This document shows, in pieces, positions 13,001-25,695 of a DNA stretch of 64,000 bases. The translations under genes and the position numbers were made by a program. Within the stretch, counting starts at the first letter, position 1. Each line of letters starts with the position of its first letter. The DNA is from Ruditapes philippinarum (taxonomy: Eukaryota), in contig NW_026865826.1 in assembly GCF_026571515.1 (NCBI RefSeq), forward strand, positions 124,001-188,000. The letters run 5' to 3'. The notes under the pieces were generated by a model that did not search any database, was not told the origin of the DNA, and saw nothing but the letters and a program-made list of their open reading frames with translations.

Positions 13001-16000
13001 CCATTGACATAACTTTTTAATAAACCATACTGTAAAGATGTATGATGATGTAAAACATGTATCAAATTATATTTTGATATTACAGTAGGTAAGAGTGTGT
13101 CACCATCTAGGGAAAGACCGCCAGGTTTGATCCTGCTAGAGGAATATGTTACAGAGGAGTATGCTGCTGAAATTATTAAGTCTGTTAACTGGCAGGACGA
13201 TCATGTCAAAGGTATACTAGAACTACTAAATTAGAAACAATACCTTATGATGTTTTGTTTATAGATTCTATTTTTATTTTAAAATTGAATCATCTCCTGT
13301 TAATTCATGAGCTTCATCAGCGAGTAGTTTTTATAAATTTCCGACAACATTTCTGTATTTGTATTATTTGACATTGCGACATGAGGAGAATTTCTCAGCT
13401 CTCTTGGTGCTGTTATTTCTAATGAACATGTAAATCAATGTTGTCTAGTCTTGTTAAAACAAGACATACATGTAGGGTAGAAAGTACATTGTATAATGGA
13501 AAAGGAAAGTGAAAAGAAAGACCAAATGGCAAACTTTAAAACTACATGATATCATTTGATAGTACATGATTATTGTATACCGGTATGAGAGCCAGGTATA
13601 AGTGGTACTGTACATTGCGTACTGAAAAATTCATATGAAATTTAATAATAGGCAAACAAAAAAACCCATGAAAATGTCCTTTGTGGTAAAACTTCGAAAT
13701 TACATGCCCACATATTTATTTGAATTCACAGTATTTAATGAATTAGTTTTGGTATAAATTTAATGAAAAAACCCATTTTGATAAAAGTAGTAATGTATTA
13801 TGCTATTGTTGATTCTAATTTAATTTAAGGTCAGCAAGGTCAACTTAAGCATCGTAGAGTGAAGCATTATGGGTATGAGTTCAGATACGATATAAACAAT
13901 GTTGACCCAGATGAACCGTTACCTGAAGGTATACCAGATGTCTACAAGCCTTTATTGGATAAACTTATTGATAGTGGTGTGGTCAAACACTACCCTGACC
14001 AGCTGACCATTAATCAGTATCAGCCAGGACAAGGTTAGGTGAACATGGCTTAAATCATATTTCATAAGCTTATTTCACATATTAAACAATAACTTAATTA
14101 GCTTGGTTTATTCAGAAAATTATTTTAGTTTGATTGTGTAGGAAACTATAAGCTTATAGACACAATCTCGAAACTGTTCCTTGAACCAACCAGTACTGAG
14201 CAATGAGTGTAAAGTTTTTTGTTCAAAGAAACAACAACTTGACCTTGACGGGGTTTGTACCCATGCTGATAGCAATCAATTGATTGCTTAAATGTAGCTT
14301 GCAATTTCATTAAAAGGAGAAGCTGTGTTTTTGAACAATTTTAGGTAAGGCGACAAATTTGAAAATATCTGTTAACATGGCCAGATTTATGTATAGGTAA
14401 TTGGCTTTCTTGTCGTTTTTTTTGTAACATTTGTAAAAAAACCCTGCAAATACTGAGAATACTGATGCAAGCTGTACAAATAGTTGACTTGTGTCAATGT
14501 ATTAAAATTTATAATGTATTTCAGGCATTCCTCCCCATGTTGATACAACAACAGCATTTGAAGATGGTCTTATATCACTAAGTCTAGGATCCCAGGTATG
14601 CATTCTTCTTAAAACTTATAAAACAAATTCTAAATATAGACTGAATGGACTTGTAATTCTTGATTGTTTTCATATGACATCCAAAATTTAAGTTTCAGCC
14701 TGTTTCTCAGCCCGAAGATTATGAAAATTTGAATCACTTTTTGGCCTTGAAGGTGTTTATGTTGTATTTTAGATTTTGATAGAGTTTGTGTTGTATTTTA
14801 GGTATTGATGGAGTTCAGGCATCCAGATGGTAGACATTTGTCCGTACTTTTGCCACCTAGAAGTGTCTTAATAATGACAGGGGAATCAAGGTAATATATA
14901 TTTATAAGTTTTAGGATAATATAGATTGTGGTTATTTGTTTTACGTGATTGACCTCCTTTGCTATTTTGGTGTAAGCAACCATAACTATTTAGCTTTTGA
15001 TGATTATGGTCACTAACACAATGTTGGCTTTAAATCTGGCCAGGGACATTTATTATGCGCCCCGAAAAATTTCGGGGAAGCATATAGTCGTCGGGTTGTC
15101 CGTCAGTCCGTCCCAAATTCGTGTCCGGCCAATAACTTTGTTATTTGAAGTCGGATTTTAAAATTATTTCACAGAAATGATCACCATATTGAGACAACAT
15201 GTCGCGCGCAACATATGGTGCGCTACCTTGAAGGTCAAGGTCACAGCATGATCTTGCAGCAAAATCGTGTCCGGTCCATAACTTCATTATTTGAAGTCAG
15301 ATTTTAAAACTATTTCACAGAAATGATCACCATATTGAGACGACGTGTCGCGCCCAACATTTGGCTCGCTACCTTGAAGGTCAAGGTCACAGCATGACCT
15401 TGCAGCAAAATCGTGTCCGGTCCATAACTTCATTATTTGAAGTCGGATTTTAAAAATATTTCATAGAAATTATCACCATATTGAGACAACGTGTCGCGTG
15501 CAATATTTGGTTCGCTTCCTTGAAGGTCAAGGTCACAGCATGACCTTGCAGCAAAATCGTGTCCGGCCCATAACTTCGTTATTTGAAGTCGGATTTTAAA
15601 AATATTTCACAGAAATGATCACCATATTAAGACGACGTGTCGCGCGCAACATTTTGGTCGCTACCTTGAAGGTCAAGGTCACAGCATGACCTTGCAGCAA
15701 AATCGTGTCCGGCCCATAACTTCGTTATTTGAAGTCGGATTTTAAAAATATTTCACAGAAATGATCATCATATTGAGATGACGTGTCATGCACAACATTT
15801 GGGTCGCTACCTTGAAGGTCAAGGTCACAGCATGACCTTGCAGCAAAATCGTGTCCGGCCCATAACTTCGTTATTTGAAGTCAGCTTTTAAAACTATTTC
15901 ACAGATATGATCACCATATTGAGATGATGTGTCACGCGCAACATTTGGGTTGCTACCTTGAAGGTCAAGGTCACAGCATAATCATGCAGCAAAATCGTGT

Positions 16001-19000
16001 CCAGCACATAACTTCATTATTTGAAGTCGGATTTTACAACTATTTCACAGATATGATCACCATAATGAGACAATGTGTCGCGTGCAACATTTGGGTCGCT
16101 ACCTTGAAGGTCAAGGTCATGGCATAACCTTGCAGCAAAATCGTGTCCAGCCCATAACTTTGTTACTTGAAGTTGGATTTATCAACTATTTCACAGAGAT
16201 GATCACCATATTAAATCAACGTGTCACATGTAGCATTTGGGATGCTACCTTGAAGGTCAAGGTCACAGCATGACCTTGCAGCAAAATCATGTCCGGCCCA
16301 TAACTTCGTTATTTGAAGTTGGATTTTACAACTATTTCACAAAAATGATCACCATATTGAGACAATGTGCTGTGCACAACATTTGGGTTATTTTTACACT
16401 TTGAACTTTGTCTGTGACATAACTCTGACACTACAAGAGGTATACTTTCCTGTGTCCAAAACCTATTCGGGGAGCATCACCCGATGATTCTAGGACACAT
16501 GCCTCATATGTTTTGAAATGGTTGATATTTGCCCCCCCCCCTGCCCCCACCCCCCTGAAGAATTCTGAGACCCCCCTTCAACCCTCAGGTCTTAAAAAAT
16601 TGAAATTGAGGAAAATTGCCATTGAAATATTCTTTTCAACTTTGTCCTGTTCTCTTTATTTTAATATTCTGCCAAGTAATAATTTTAAGCAGTTTCTTTA
16701 GTAGTCTTAAACTTGTGTCAGTTCTATTATATGCATTATGTTCGCCCTTTTAAATGTTTAGGGGAGTAAATGTCCGGCCATCCAAAACAGTGCAAGGGGG
16801 CAAATATCTTTAAAACTCTGTTGCATTTCTTGTCTTCATTATCTAGGTATGTGTGGTCACATGGTATAACACCGAGGAAGTCCGATATTGTACCACTAGC
16901 TGACGGTGGTCTAACTCTTCTACAGAGAGAATTGAGAACTTCATTTACCTTCAGAAAACTTACTGGAGTTAAACCTTCACAATTAATCAGGTACTTTATA
17001 AAAAATGATCATGCTATTTATAAGTGTTTCAAAGTAAAGAAACATACAGATAATTTAGGACAGTGGGAACATAACAGTATCACATGAAATGGTAGAAAAT
17101 ATGAGCCACATCATGACAAAACCAACAAAATGGGTTTGCGACCAGCATGGATCCAGACCAGCGCGGATGCGCAGGCTGGTCTGGATCCATGCTGGTTGCA
17201 AACGCACTATGTTGGTTTTGTCATGACACGGCTCTTTTGTTGGTCATTTTGTCACCTTAGTGCAGTAATGGGTTAACGTTTTTTAAATTTAACAGGAGTA
17301 GATCTGTCACTGCACTTATATGATAATTTGTTTATTTGAATTTTTTCTTTACTAGAAACAAAACATTTAACCTTATCATTGTGGCTAGCATATATAATGT
17401 ATTGATATATTGATGAATGTATGCATGTATTCTAATTCAATTTTAAATGAGGGTCCATCCACCTTTTAAGGCACAAAAGCAGCTTTTGCTGTCAAGTATG
17501 GACCCTGGACATGTCACCAGCCCTTAAAGGGTTAATTTTGAAGCACTTAGTGGTGATAATTTACCTCCCTTTTCTGCAAAAGACTTTGTATTCTGTCATG
17601 GGAGGAAGCTTGCTATCGGAACATCTGTGGTTCTACTCAGGTGCCTGCCTAAGCCAGAAATAAAGTATGGATGTAAAGCTGGAAAATTGCCAGATGATTT
17701 TTACTGTTTTGATGGCAAAATAAGTTACCTGAGGAAGTGTTTGGGGTTCTATAGAGTCCAGATTTGGTGTTTTAAAGTTCTACATAATAACTCATGAAAA
17801 AAATAGAAATTTCAATTATAATGATATTTCAATGATATAATTGCGTGAAAACCAATGTTTACTTACTGAAGTCAGTGATTTGTAAATGTCTGTTTTTTTC
17901 AAGCAGTGATAAGCCAGATGTGCCGTGTAATAATTCTACTGCCTCAGAGCTGGAGAAAAAACATGTTTATCAGGTAACCCTTCATGTAAACTAGTAATAG
18001 TGTTATTCAGCTGATTTGTAATGGTATTGTTTCAAGCTTTCAGGAATTTGCCTGAAGTTCAGGTTTTAAGGTTTTCTCACAGATTGAACTGGCACCCAAA
18101 GCTTTTAACCAGCTTTGTACCAAAATACCATTATTAAATGTTTATTATACCTTATAAAATTGTATTTTAATTGTTTAACAACTTTTTATTTATGTTGTCT
18201 CATTACTGTGATCAGTAGGTGAAGTTTGTCATGGTATTGACCACTAAAAAGTTTTTCTTTCCAATAATTAGGGAAAGCTTTGACCTTCCTAAAATTTTGG
18301 TTTGGATGTTAGTCATCAACAGTAGGTGACCTGTATTGATTTTGAAGTCATTTTATCAAAGGTTAAAATCACAGTGTCACTGTGTATATTTAAAAAAAAA
18401 TAACCTGAGAAGAAATAAAAGCCTAAGTTTATGAAACTTTGTTACAACATGACCTATAAGATTTAAGGTTATTCAAGTATTTCCTCATTTATGAAGGTTG
18501 TGAAGCTTGTTATTTATAATATATTATTCCATGTATATTTATATTACTTATTAAAGATAGATTAAGCCTCAGGAATAAATGAAAGGTTTCTTTGTATTTT
18601 CACATTTCTAGTTTTATTCATGTTATATAGGTATATGAAGAAATAGCAGATCATTTTAGTGGAACAAGACATACGCCTTGGCCTAATATTGCCGAGTTTC
18701 TCAAGAAACAATCTCCAGGTTCTCTACTTGTTGATGTTGGTTGTGGTAATGGGAAATATTTGGGAGTCAACAAAGACTTGTTTGAGGTAGATATGCATGA
18801 TTTACATGTTTCTTAATGTGTAAATCTTTTTACTGATTTTGTGCCATAATACACAAGTACAAAGGATAAATACACCTTTGTTGAAAAATTTAATGTTTTT
18901 ATATTCTCAATATAAGAAAAATTGATAGTTTCATTGTAGGAAGTTCACAACACAAATACAAATTCCATAATCTTGGTCAAGGGAAATAACTCGATTTGTA

Positions 19001-21619
19001 AATTAATTTCCTTGACTTATTATAAATTAAACATCTTTTGTGATACACTTTTATGAAAAAACATTGGACATACCCGATTCATTTCACAGCTGAATCTATA
19101 TATGTTTCTGATGAAAACTAATTTAATAATGTAATGCAATTTACAGTAATTTTCTTTCTAACTACATTTTCAAAGAAAAAAAAGAGAGCTTTTGTCATGA
19201 CTCTCTTGTATGCATGAGCATTGGTAAATCTATTGTCAAGGTCCATTTTCTCTAAAACTATAAACAACTATACTTGGTATACATGTATATTGTCATAAAA
19301 GGACACCATTTCAAAGGACAGATAATTTTAAAATTATTTTTTGCAAAGTTATGCCCCCTTCTGCTACTGTGTTTTTTTTTTTCACTATCCAGCATTGAGA
19401 AAAGTTGATTGCGCTGTCTGCGGACAGGTCTTGTTTTTGCATAATATCACCCAGCTAAAATACTAATTCCATAAATATATGAATGAAAACACAATAACAA
19501 AAGTAATTTCCTTATTCTAATTTTTATATAAACTTGATTTACAGCACCTAAATATCATATCTATGTATCATATCTATGTATCATATGTTGGACAATTTTT
19601 ACTTAGATAGGATCAGACAGGAGCTACAACTTAGCTAGGATAGTTCGGGAGAGGAAGTTTCAAGTTTACGTCGGTGATATTTTATCTATACCACTGAGGG
19701 CAGAAGTGGCCGATGTGTGTATATGTATAGCTGTAATACATCATTTATCCACGCAGGTTGGTACAAAACTTTATGACAAAGAGGTTTAGTTTAAATAGAG
19801 GATATTGAATGAGTGTAGGTTTAATACTAAATTTATTGAACAAGTTAAATAAAACCATATTATTCGAGCCTGTGGCGAGCATGATATTGTTTTATTCAAC
19901 GAGTTTAATAAATTTTGTGTTGAATCTACACAAATATAATATTCTATTTATCACATATATAAAATATGAATGGATTGGTAAACTGTAAAAAAGAGTCATT
20001 TTTCATTTGATGCGCCTATAGTGTATCACTAACATTAGCACGCTTTAATACAATATTTTAACAAAATGCAAGTGATGTCATGTCAATGTGTTATTACACT
20101 AGTGTAATATTGTTCTTATTAAATTGCTTTATTTCTCTCCTGTGTCGCGTTTTATGCGGTAAACATATTTATTTAAGCTTGATTGCCAAACAAGTTTTTG
20201 CAAATAATATTAATCACTTAGAGTCAGCTTCCTGGTACCAAACAGTACAAGTGTCATATGAAGAAACATGATTGTGGCCCGAGTAGGGATCAAAGCCATG
20301 ATCCCTGGATTGAGAGGCAGACACATTAACCACTAGGCAACCGTTCCACTTAAGATGTTTAAATCACTTGTTCTTGTAGGAGATGTTGAATTATTTTACA
20401 TGAAAAAAAAAGCTTTACAACAGATGTATTGTTTCACCCATGTGCTAACTTTATACATTCATGTTTGTTTGTACCAATATTGCTTGGAGAAATGAGTATG
20501 ACATTTTACATTGTAACTCTTAATAACTAAAAATTAAAGAAATAGATAAATGATAATGCAAATCTATGAAAAAAGTAAATGCTGTCTTTTTAAAAACAAG
20601 TTGTTTTTGACAACAATCACTCAAGAGAAAATTTAAAATGGTGTTATTTAATAATAAAGTTTGCGTGTAAATTTTATATCTGTTCAAGAAACCAGTCTTA
20701 ACTTCAATACTTATAAAGCTATTGAACATTGAAACATTATATGTGGATGCACTATGATGAGTTCTACCAGTCAGACCAGAAAATAAGTAATAGATTAAGA
20801 AAAAATTATTAGGTAATTATTACTGGTATTTGAGAGTCTCAGCCAGGAAGTGCTTTGTTAAGCCTTTGTTTTCCAGATTTATTATTTAACCATATTATTC
20901 CAAGACTCTTTTTTGGCTTATATTTTGACATGCATATATGTAATTTTTATATAATGCAGGAAAGAAGAAAGCGAGCAATATGTGAATTATTAAAGGTTCT
21001 TAGACCAGGTGGGCAGGCATTGATTTATGTGTGGGCAATGGAGCAAGAAATGAACAAAGTCAAGTCAAAATATTTAAAGGATAACAAGTCTAGCAATGCA
21101 AAATTTGATGTAGAAAACCAGTCTTGTGAAAATTCAAAAGGTGATATTGTAAACCACTCTCAAGAAAATTCAAAATGTGAGTCAGAAAACCAGTCTTGTG
21201 AAAATTCAAAGTGTGAGACAGAAAACCAGTCCTGTGAAAGTTCAAACTGTCATACTGAGAATCAGTCTCATCAAAGTAAAGAAAAAAATATGAATGAAAA
21301 TATAGTTTCTGGTTGTAGTAACTTACAAAATAATATAAAGACTGGTAATATAAAGACTGATAATACAGACCTATCTTCTGATCTTAAGAAATTGGAAGTT
21401 CATGTGAACAGGACACAGTTTAAACAGCAAGATCTGTTAGTGCCATGGCAACTTAAAGGCAAGGAGAAAAAGTCTGAGTCTAGTGCAACATTCCATAGGT
21501 TTTATCATGTTTTTCAAAAGGGTGAATTGGAATCCTTATGTGAAAGTGTGAAGAATTGTTCAATTATTAAAAGTTACTATGACCAGGGTAATTGGGCGGT
21601 GATATTAGAAAAGATATAG
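10061..21619 (+). CDS. ALKBH8: Alkylated DNA repair protein alkB homolog 8 (tRNA wobble-uridine methyltransferase/hydroxylase; RRM-AlkB-MTase), about 677 aa
   Basis: Eleven GT-AG exons in consistent phase: 10061-10180, 12550-12793, 13086-13211, 13830-14033, 14525-14595, 14802-14890, 16847-16990, 17904(or 17907)-17973, 18631-18786, 19607-19756, 20960-21619. Motifs: [95 protein letters not shown]. Confidence 0.95.
10430..10593 (-). mobile_element. tRNA-derived SINE-like element
   Basis: Minus strand has A-box-like tagttagttgg and B-box gggttcaatcc. Confidence 0.5.
11876..12499. mobile_element. piggyBac-like MITE in ALKBH8 intron 1
   Basis: TTAA TSDs (11872-11875, 12500-12503); TIRs cccattgcttcat / atgaagtaatggg (1 mismatch). 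Confidence 0.85.
14098..14290 (-). mobile_element. Meta-domain-type SINE, degraded (same family as 62091-62316)
   Basis: Shares aaccaaccagtactgagcaatgagtg...aaggaaacaac core with the 62.1 kb copy. Confidence 0.65.
15050..16483 (+). mobile_element. Helentron-like element with about nine 146-bp tandem repeats (ALKBH8 intron 6)
   Basis: 5' hairpin ccccgaaaaatttcgggg, GTCC microsatellite, 146-bp period (ttgaaggtcaaggtcacagcatg), subterminal repeat ttcggggagcat; 3' terminal hairpin missing. Confidence 0.8.
17103..17234. mobile_element. 132-bp palindromic MITE (GAG...CTC termini)
   Basis: Arms gagcc..catgacaaaaccaaca...ccagcatggatccagaccag / ctggtctggatccatgctgg...tgttggttttgtcatgacacggctc. Confidence 0.75.
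19793..20145. mobile_element. Hairpin-type non-autonomous element (family of 37066-37420)
   Basis: About 160-bp imperfect hairpin starting taaatagaggatattgaatgagtg, centred on cgagcctgtggcgag; inverted homologue at 37258-37420. Confidence 0.6.
20160..20348 (-). mobile_element. Meta-type SINE, second family
   Basis: Reverse complement of 60057-60205; tRNA-like head and gtactg..tggt.ccaggaagc.gactc core. Confidence 0.6.
21107..21272 (+). repeat. Coding 36-bp / 12-aa tandem repeat ([12 protein letters not shown]) in the ALKBH8 last exon
   Basis: [55 protein letters not shown]. Confidence 0.85.
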
Positions 21620-21646
21620 CTGATTAATTATATCAAAATTAATATA

Positions 21647-21652
21647 AATAAA
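21647..21652 (+). terminator. Candidate ALKBH8 polyadenylation signal
   Basis: AATAAA 27 nt after the stop, followed by a GT-rich tract. Confidence 0.5.
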
Positions 21653-21703
21653 ATATAAACCATTCTGTCTTTATGATTGTGTTGTTAAAGCTTATTTTTA
21701 CCA

Positions 21704-22722
21704 TTTTTAGCTCGACTATACGAAGTATATGGAGAGCTGTCCTACTCGCCCCGGCGTCCGCGTCCAGATTTTAGATTAAAGTTTTGGTGCAGTAAAATAT
21801 TTTTCACTATAACTTTGTCATTTCTTAAGGTATCAACTTCAAACTTCAAATATATGTTCCTTATCATCAACCACATCTTATGTGACAAGGATCATAACTC
21901 TAGCACCAATATTTTGAGATTTATCTCCCCTTGAACTTAGAATTTTCCTCAAAAAATATTATTTCTTACTGTTTCTTTTTTATTTCTTAAGGGATCAACC
22001 TCATACTTCAAATATATTTACGTTATCATCATCCCCATCTTATGTGACAAGGTTCATAACTCTAGCACCAATATTTTCAGATTTATCTCCCTTTGAACTT
22101 AGAATTTTCCATAAAAAATATTATTTTTTACTGTTACTTATTTATTTCTAAAGGGATCAACTTCATACTTCAAATATATTTACGTTATCATCATCCACAT
22201 CTTATGTGACAAGGTTCATAACTCTAGCACCAATATTGCAAGAATTATCTCTTCATAAACTTAGATTTTCTTACTAGAAAAATGTTATTTTTTATTATAA
22301 CTTTTTATTTTTAAAGGTATCTACCTCAAACTTCAAATACTTATTCCTTATCATCAATTACATTTTATGTGACAATGTTCATAACTCTTGAAGCAATATT
22401 TACAGATTTATCTCTCTTTGAACTTAGGATTTTCTTTAAGAAATATAATAACTTCTTAACTTTTTAAGGTATCTACTTCAAACTTCAAATATATATTTCT
22501 TATCATTACACAAATGTTGTGTGACAAGGTCCATAACTCTAGCATGACTATTTCTAGAATTATTCCCCTTGATCTTGGAATTAATGTTAACAAATGTTAT
22601 TTTTTTACTATAACTTAATACATAATTATACATAATGGATTTTTCTTTCATAGTTTTGTCCTCCTTACTGCGTCCAGTATTTTATAAGTCGAGCTTCGCT
22701 GTCTCCTGTGACAGCTCTTGTT
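21704..22722 (+). mobile_element. Helentron-like element with about five 160-bp units
   Basis: tttttagctcgact start; subterminal agtcgagc; terminal hairpin gctgtc...gacagc followed by tcttgtt; repeated ataactctagcac. Confidence 0.75.
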
Positions 22723-23974
22723 CTAAAACATTGTGATTTTACTTGATGTGGTGGGACTATTCTTTTCTTAAACTTTTTACCTCATTAATGTGATGTGCAA
22801 AACCGATACAACAATTATCCTGGCTAAAGGTCATCCTTGAAGGTCAAATATCAGACCTATAATGTCAGTATATGAATCCTACACACTTTGAAGGATTTTC
22901 TTCATAACTTAGCTTGGCAGTGTGCAGAACCCATTCCACAGCTGTGCCATTTGAAGGTCATGTCATTATTGAAGATCAAAGGTTAAATATCAGACAATTT
23001 TGTGTCCAGTCTATAAACCATATACACCTTAGAAGGATGTTCTTCCAACTTGGTACAATTGTTTGTCAGAACCCATGCCACAGCTGTGCTGTTCCAAGGT
23101 TTTTCTTGAAGGCCAAATAAGACAATTTTTATATTTGAAGATCAGATATCAGACAGTATACTGTCAGCTCTCTATACCCCTAAAGGATTTTCTGTTTCAC
23201 ATACACCATTTGTGGGTATTAGTTACTTCTAGTAGCTTTTGTTTAAACCGCACATACATGTAGATTATACTTATATAGCTGGGTAGCTTCCCATTATAAA
23301 TGATTCATTATTTCTCTGTAGAATTAAAATCCATGGAAAATCATTGGTCATAGAAACAATAGTTTTGACTTTCAATTCTGTCATCAAAGACAAAACTGTT
23401 TAGATCTTAGGCTTAAAAAAACTTGTGTCCTACAGACATAAAGCATGCAGTTGCACTTTTTGTGCTCCTTTATTATTGCAGGAAAGAGCTGATCCCTTAC
23501 AGAACCACTGACCTATAAACAGTCAATTTGAGCAGTTTTGTTTTATAGAATACTTGTTGTTCAAAGCTAATCTGCAGGTACAAACTTTTACAGTTACAGC
23601 TTTGAAAATAAGCGCAATAGGTTGACCTATCAATTGTGACGGGTAGTGCACCGTGAAGCTATAATGGTAAGTTTGTTTGTTCCTATGGAATAGCTGGGGA
23701 AAACCCACATTTGCCAAGTTCAGGATAACATATTTCATGAAAAAATTCAAATTTCCTATCTTGAATTGAACCTAAAGCTTTGGAACATTTAACATTACTC
23801 TCCAAAAATTGTGTAAATCTACTTGTCCTGCATCATCAGTGACTATTATAAATATACTTCTGTGAAGTAAAATATATAAAACATGGCCTAGGTTTCTAAT
23901 ACTGTTGATATAAACAACACCTTTAATCAGCTTGCATTCAAAGAGTCATTAACACTGAACAAAAGATGACATTT

Positions 23975-24200
23975 CGGGCCTCAAAGGCCAAGTAGTTATA
24001 TGGTTGCCGACTTAAATCACTTGCCCCCTCTCGACTTTGGGTTCAAATCCTAGGACTTTGGATTTATTTCATGTTTTTTTTCTATTCTGGTGACTGCTGG
24101 TACATGAAATAATTCATGGAGGGGCACACCAAGGTCTTCCTCCATCAGCAAAGCTGGAAAGTTGCCATATAACCTTTACAGTTTAAATCCAACAAACAAA
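23975..24200 (+). mobile_element. tRNA-derived SINE with tentative Deu/Nin-type central domain
   Basis: B-box gggttcaaatcc; ggaggggcac...ggtcttcctcca..aaagctggaaagt core; related copies at 61763-62015 and 17590-17710. Confidence 0.55.
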
Positions 24201-24409
24201 ATATAAAATGGTAATGATAAAAAAATCAAATTACATGTATTTTACTTTAATATTTATTTAGGTTTTACAAATAACAGCTAGAGATCAACAACTTTCACAT
24301 CCGCATTTCAACAAAACATTATGATTAACATCATTTGAAACCCACCACATCAAAACAAAATTGCCATTTGTGTTGTTACAGTAACTACTGTTTTATTTTG
24401 TATAGAAAA

Positions 24410-25521
24410 AACAAGAGCCGGTTGAACCGGGTGATGCTCCCCGAATAGGTTTTGGACACAGGAAGGTATACCTCTTGTAGTGTCAGAGTTATGTCACAGA
24501 CAAAGTTCAAAGTGTAAAAATAACCCAAATGTTGTGCACGACACATTGTCTCAATATGGTGATCATTTTTGTGAAATAGTTGTAAAATCCAAATTCAAAT
24601 AACGAAGTTATGGGACGGAAATGATTTTGCTGCAAGGTCATGCTGTGACCTTGACCTTCAAGGTAGCAACCCAAATGTTGCATGCGTCACATGGATTAAA
24701 TATGGTGATCATCTCTGTGAAATAGTTGCTAAATCCGACTTCAAGTAACGAAGTTATGTGCCGGACATGATTTTGCTGCAAGGTCATGCCTTGACCTTGA
24801 CCTTCAAGGTGGCGACCCAAATGTTGCGCGCGACACATTTTCTCATTATGGTGATCATTTCTGTGAAATAGTTGTTAAATCCGACTTCAAATAATGAAGT
24901 TATGGGCCGGACACGATTTTGCTGCAAGGTCATGCTGTGACCTTGACCTTCAAGGTAGCATGCCAAATGTTGCGCGACAATTCGTCTCAATATGGTGATC
25001 ATTTCTGTGAAATATTTTTAAAATTCGACTTCAAATAACGAAGTTATGGACCGGACACAATTTTGCTGCAAAGTCATGCTGTGACCTTGACCTTCACGGT
25101 AGCGAGCCAAATGTTGTGCGCGACACGTCGTCTCAATATGGTGATCATTTCTGTGAAATAGTTTTAAAATCCGACTTCAAATAACAAAGTTATGGGCCGG
25201 ACACAATTTTGCTGCAAGGTCATGCTGTGACCTTGACCTTCAAGGAAGCGACCCAAATGTTGCGCGCGACTCATTTAGTCTTAATATGGTGATCATTTCT
25301 GTGAAATATTTTTAAAATCCGACTTCAAATAATGAAGTTATGGACCGGACATGATTTTGCTGCAAGGCCATGCTGTGACCTTGACCTTCAAGGTAGCGAG
25401 CCAAATGTTGCGCGCGACACGTCGTCTCAATATGGTGATCATTTCTGTGAAATAGTTTTATAATCCGACTTCAAATAACAAAGTTATGGGCCGGACACGA
25501 ATTTGGGACATACGTACGGAC
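24410..25521 (-). mobile_element. Second, inverted copy of the 146-bp-array Helentron-like element
   Basis: Reverse complement of 15100-16483; keeps the terminal hairpin ccggttgaaccgg plus aacaag but lacks the 5' end. Confidence 0.8.
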
Positions 25522-25695
25522 CTTGTGGGTCAAGATCATTTATAAGTCATGGTCTAGTTCAGTCTGATCATTATCAGAGTCTTGTTCAAAGGGTTGTTCA
25601 CTGTTATAGCTACTGAGTTGCAAGCTTTTATGATTATTGACTGTAAATTATATAAGTTTGTTGTGTTAATGTGATAAAAATGTAGGTAACAAAAT

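Noticed and set aside
20855-20959. N-terminal extension of the 254-aa ORF
   Set aside because: Intronic; the acceptor at 20958-20959 matches ALKBH8 homology and phase
15924-25002. ORFs containing LEGQGH / ATLKVKVTA
   Set aside because: Translations of the 146-bp repeat units
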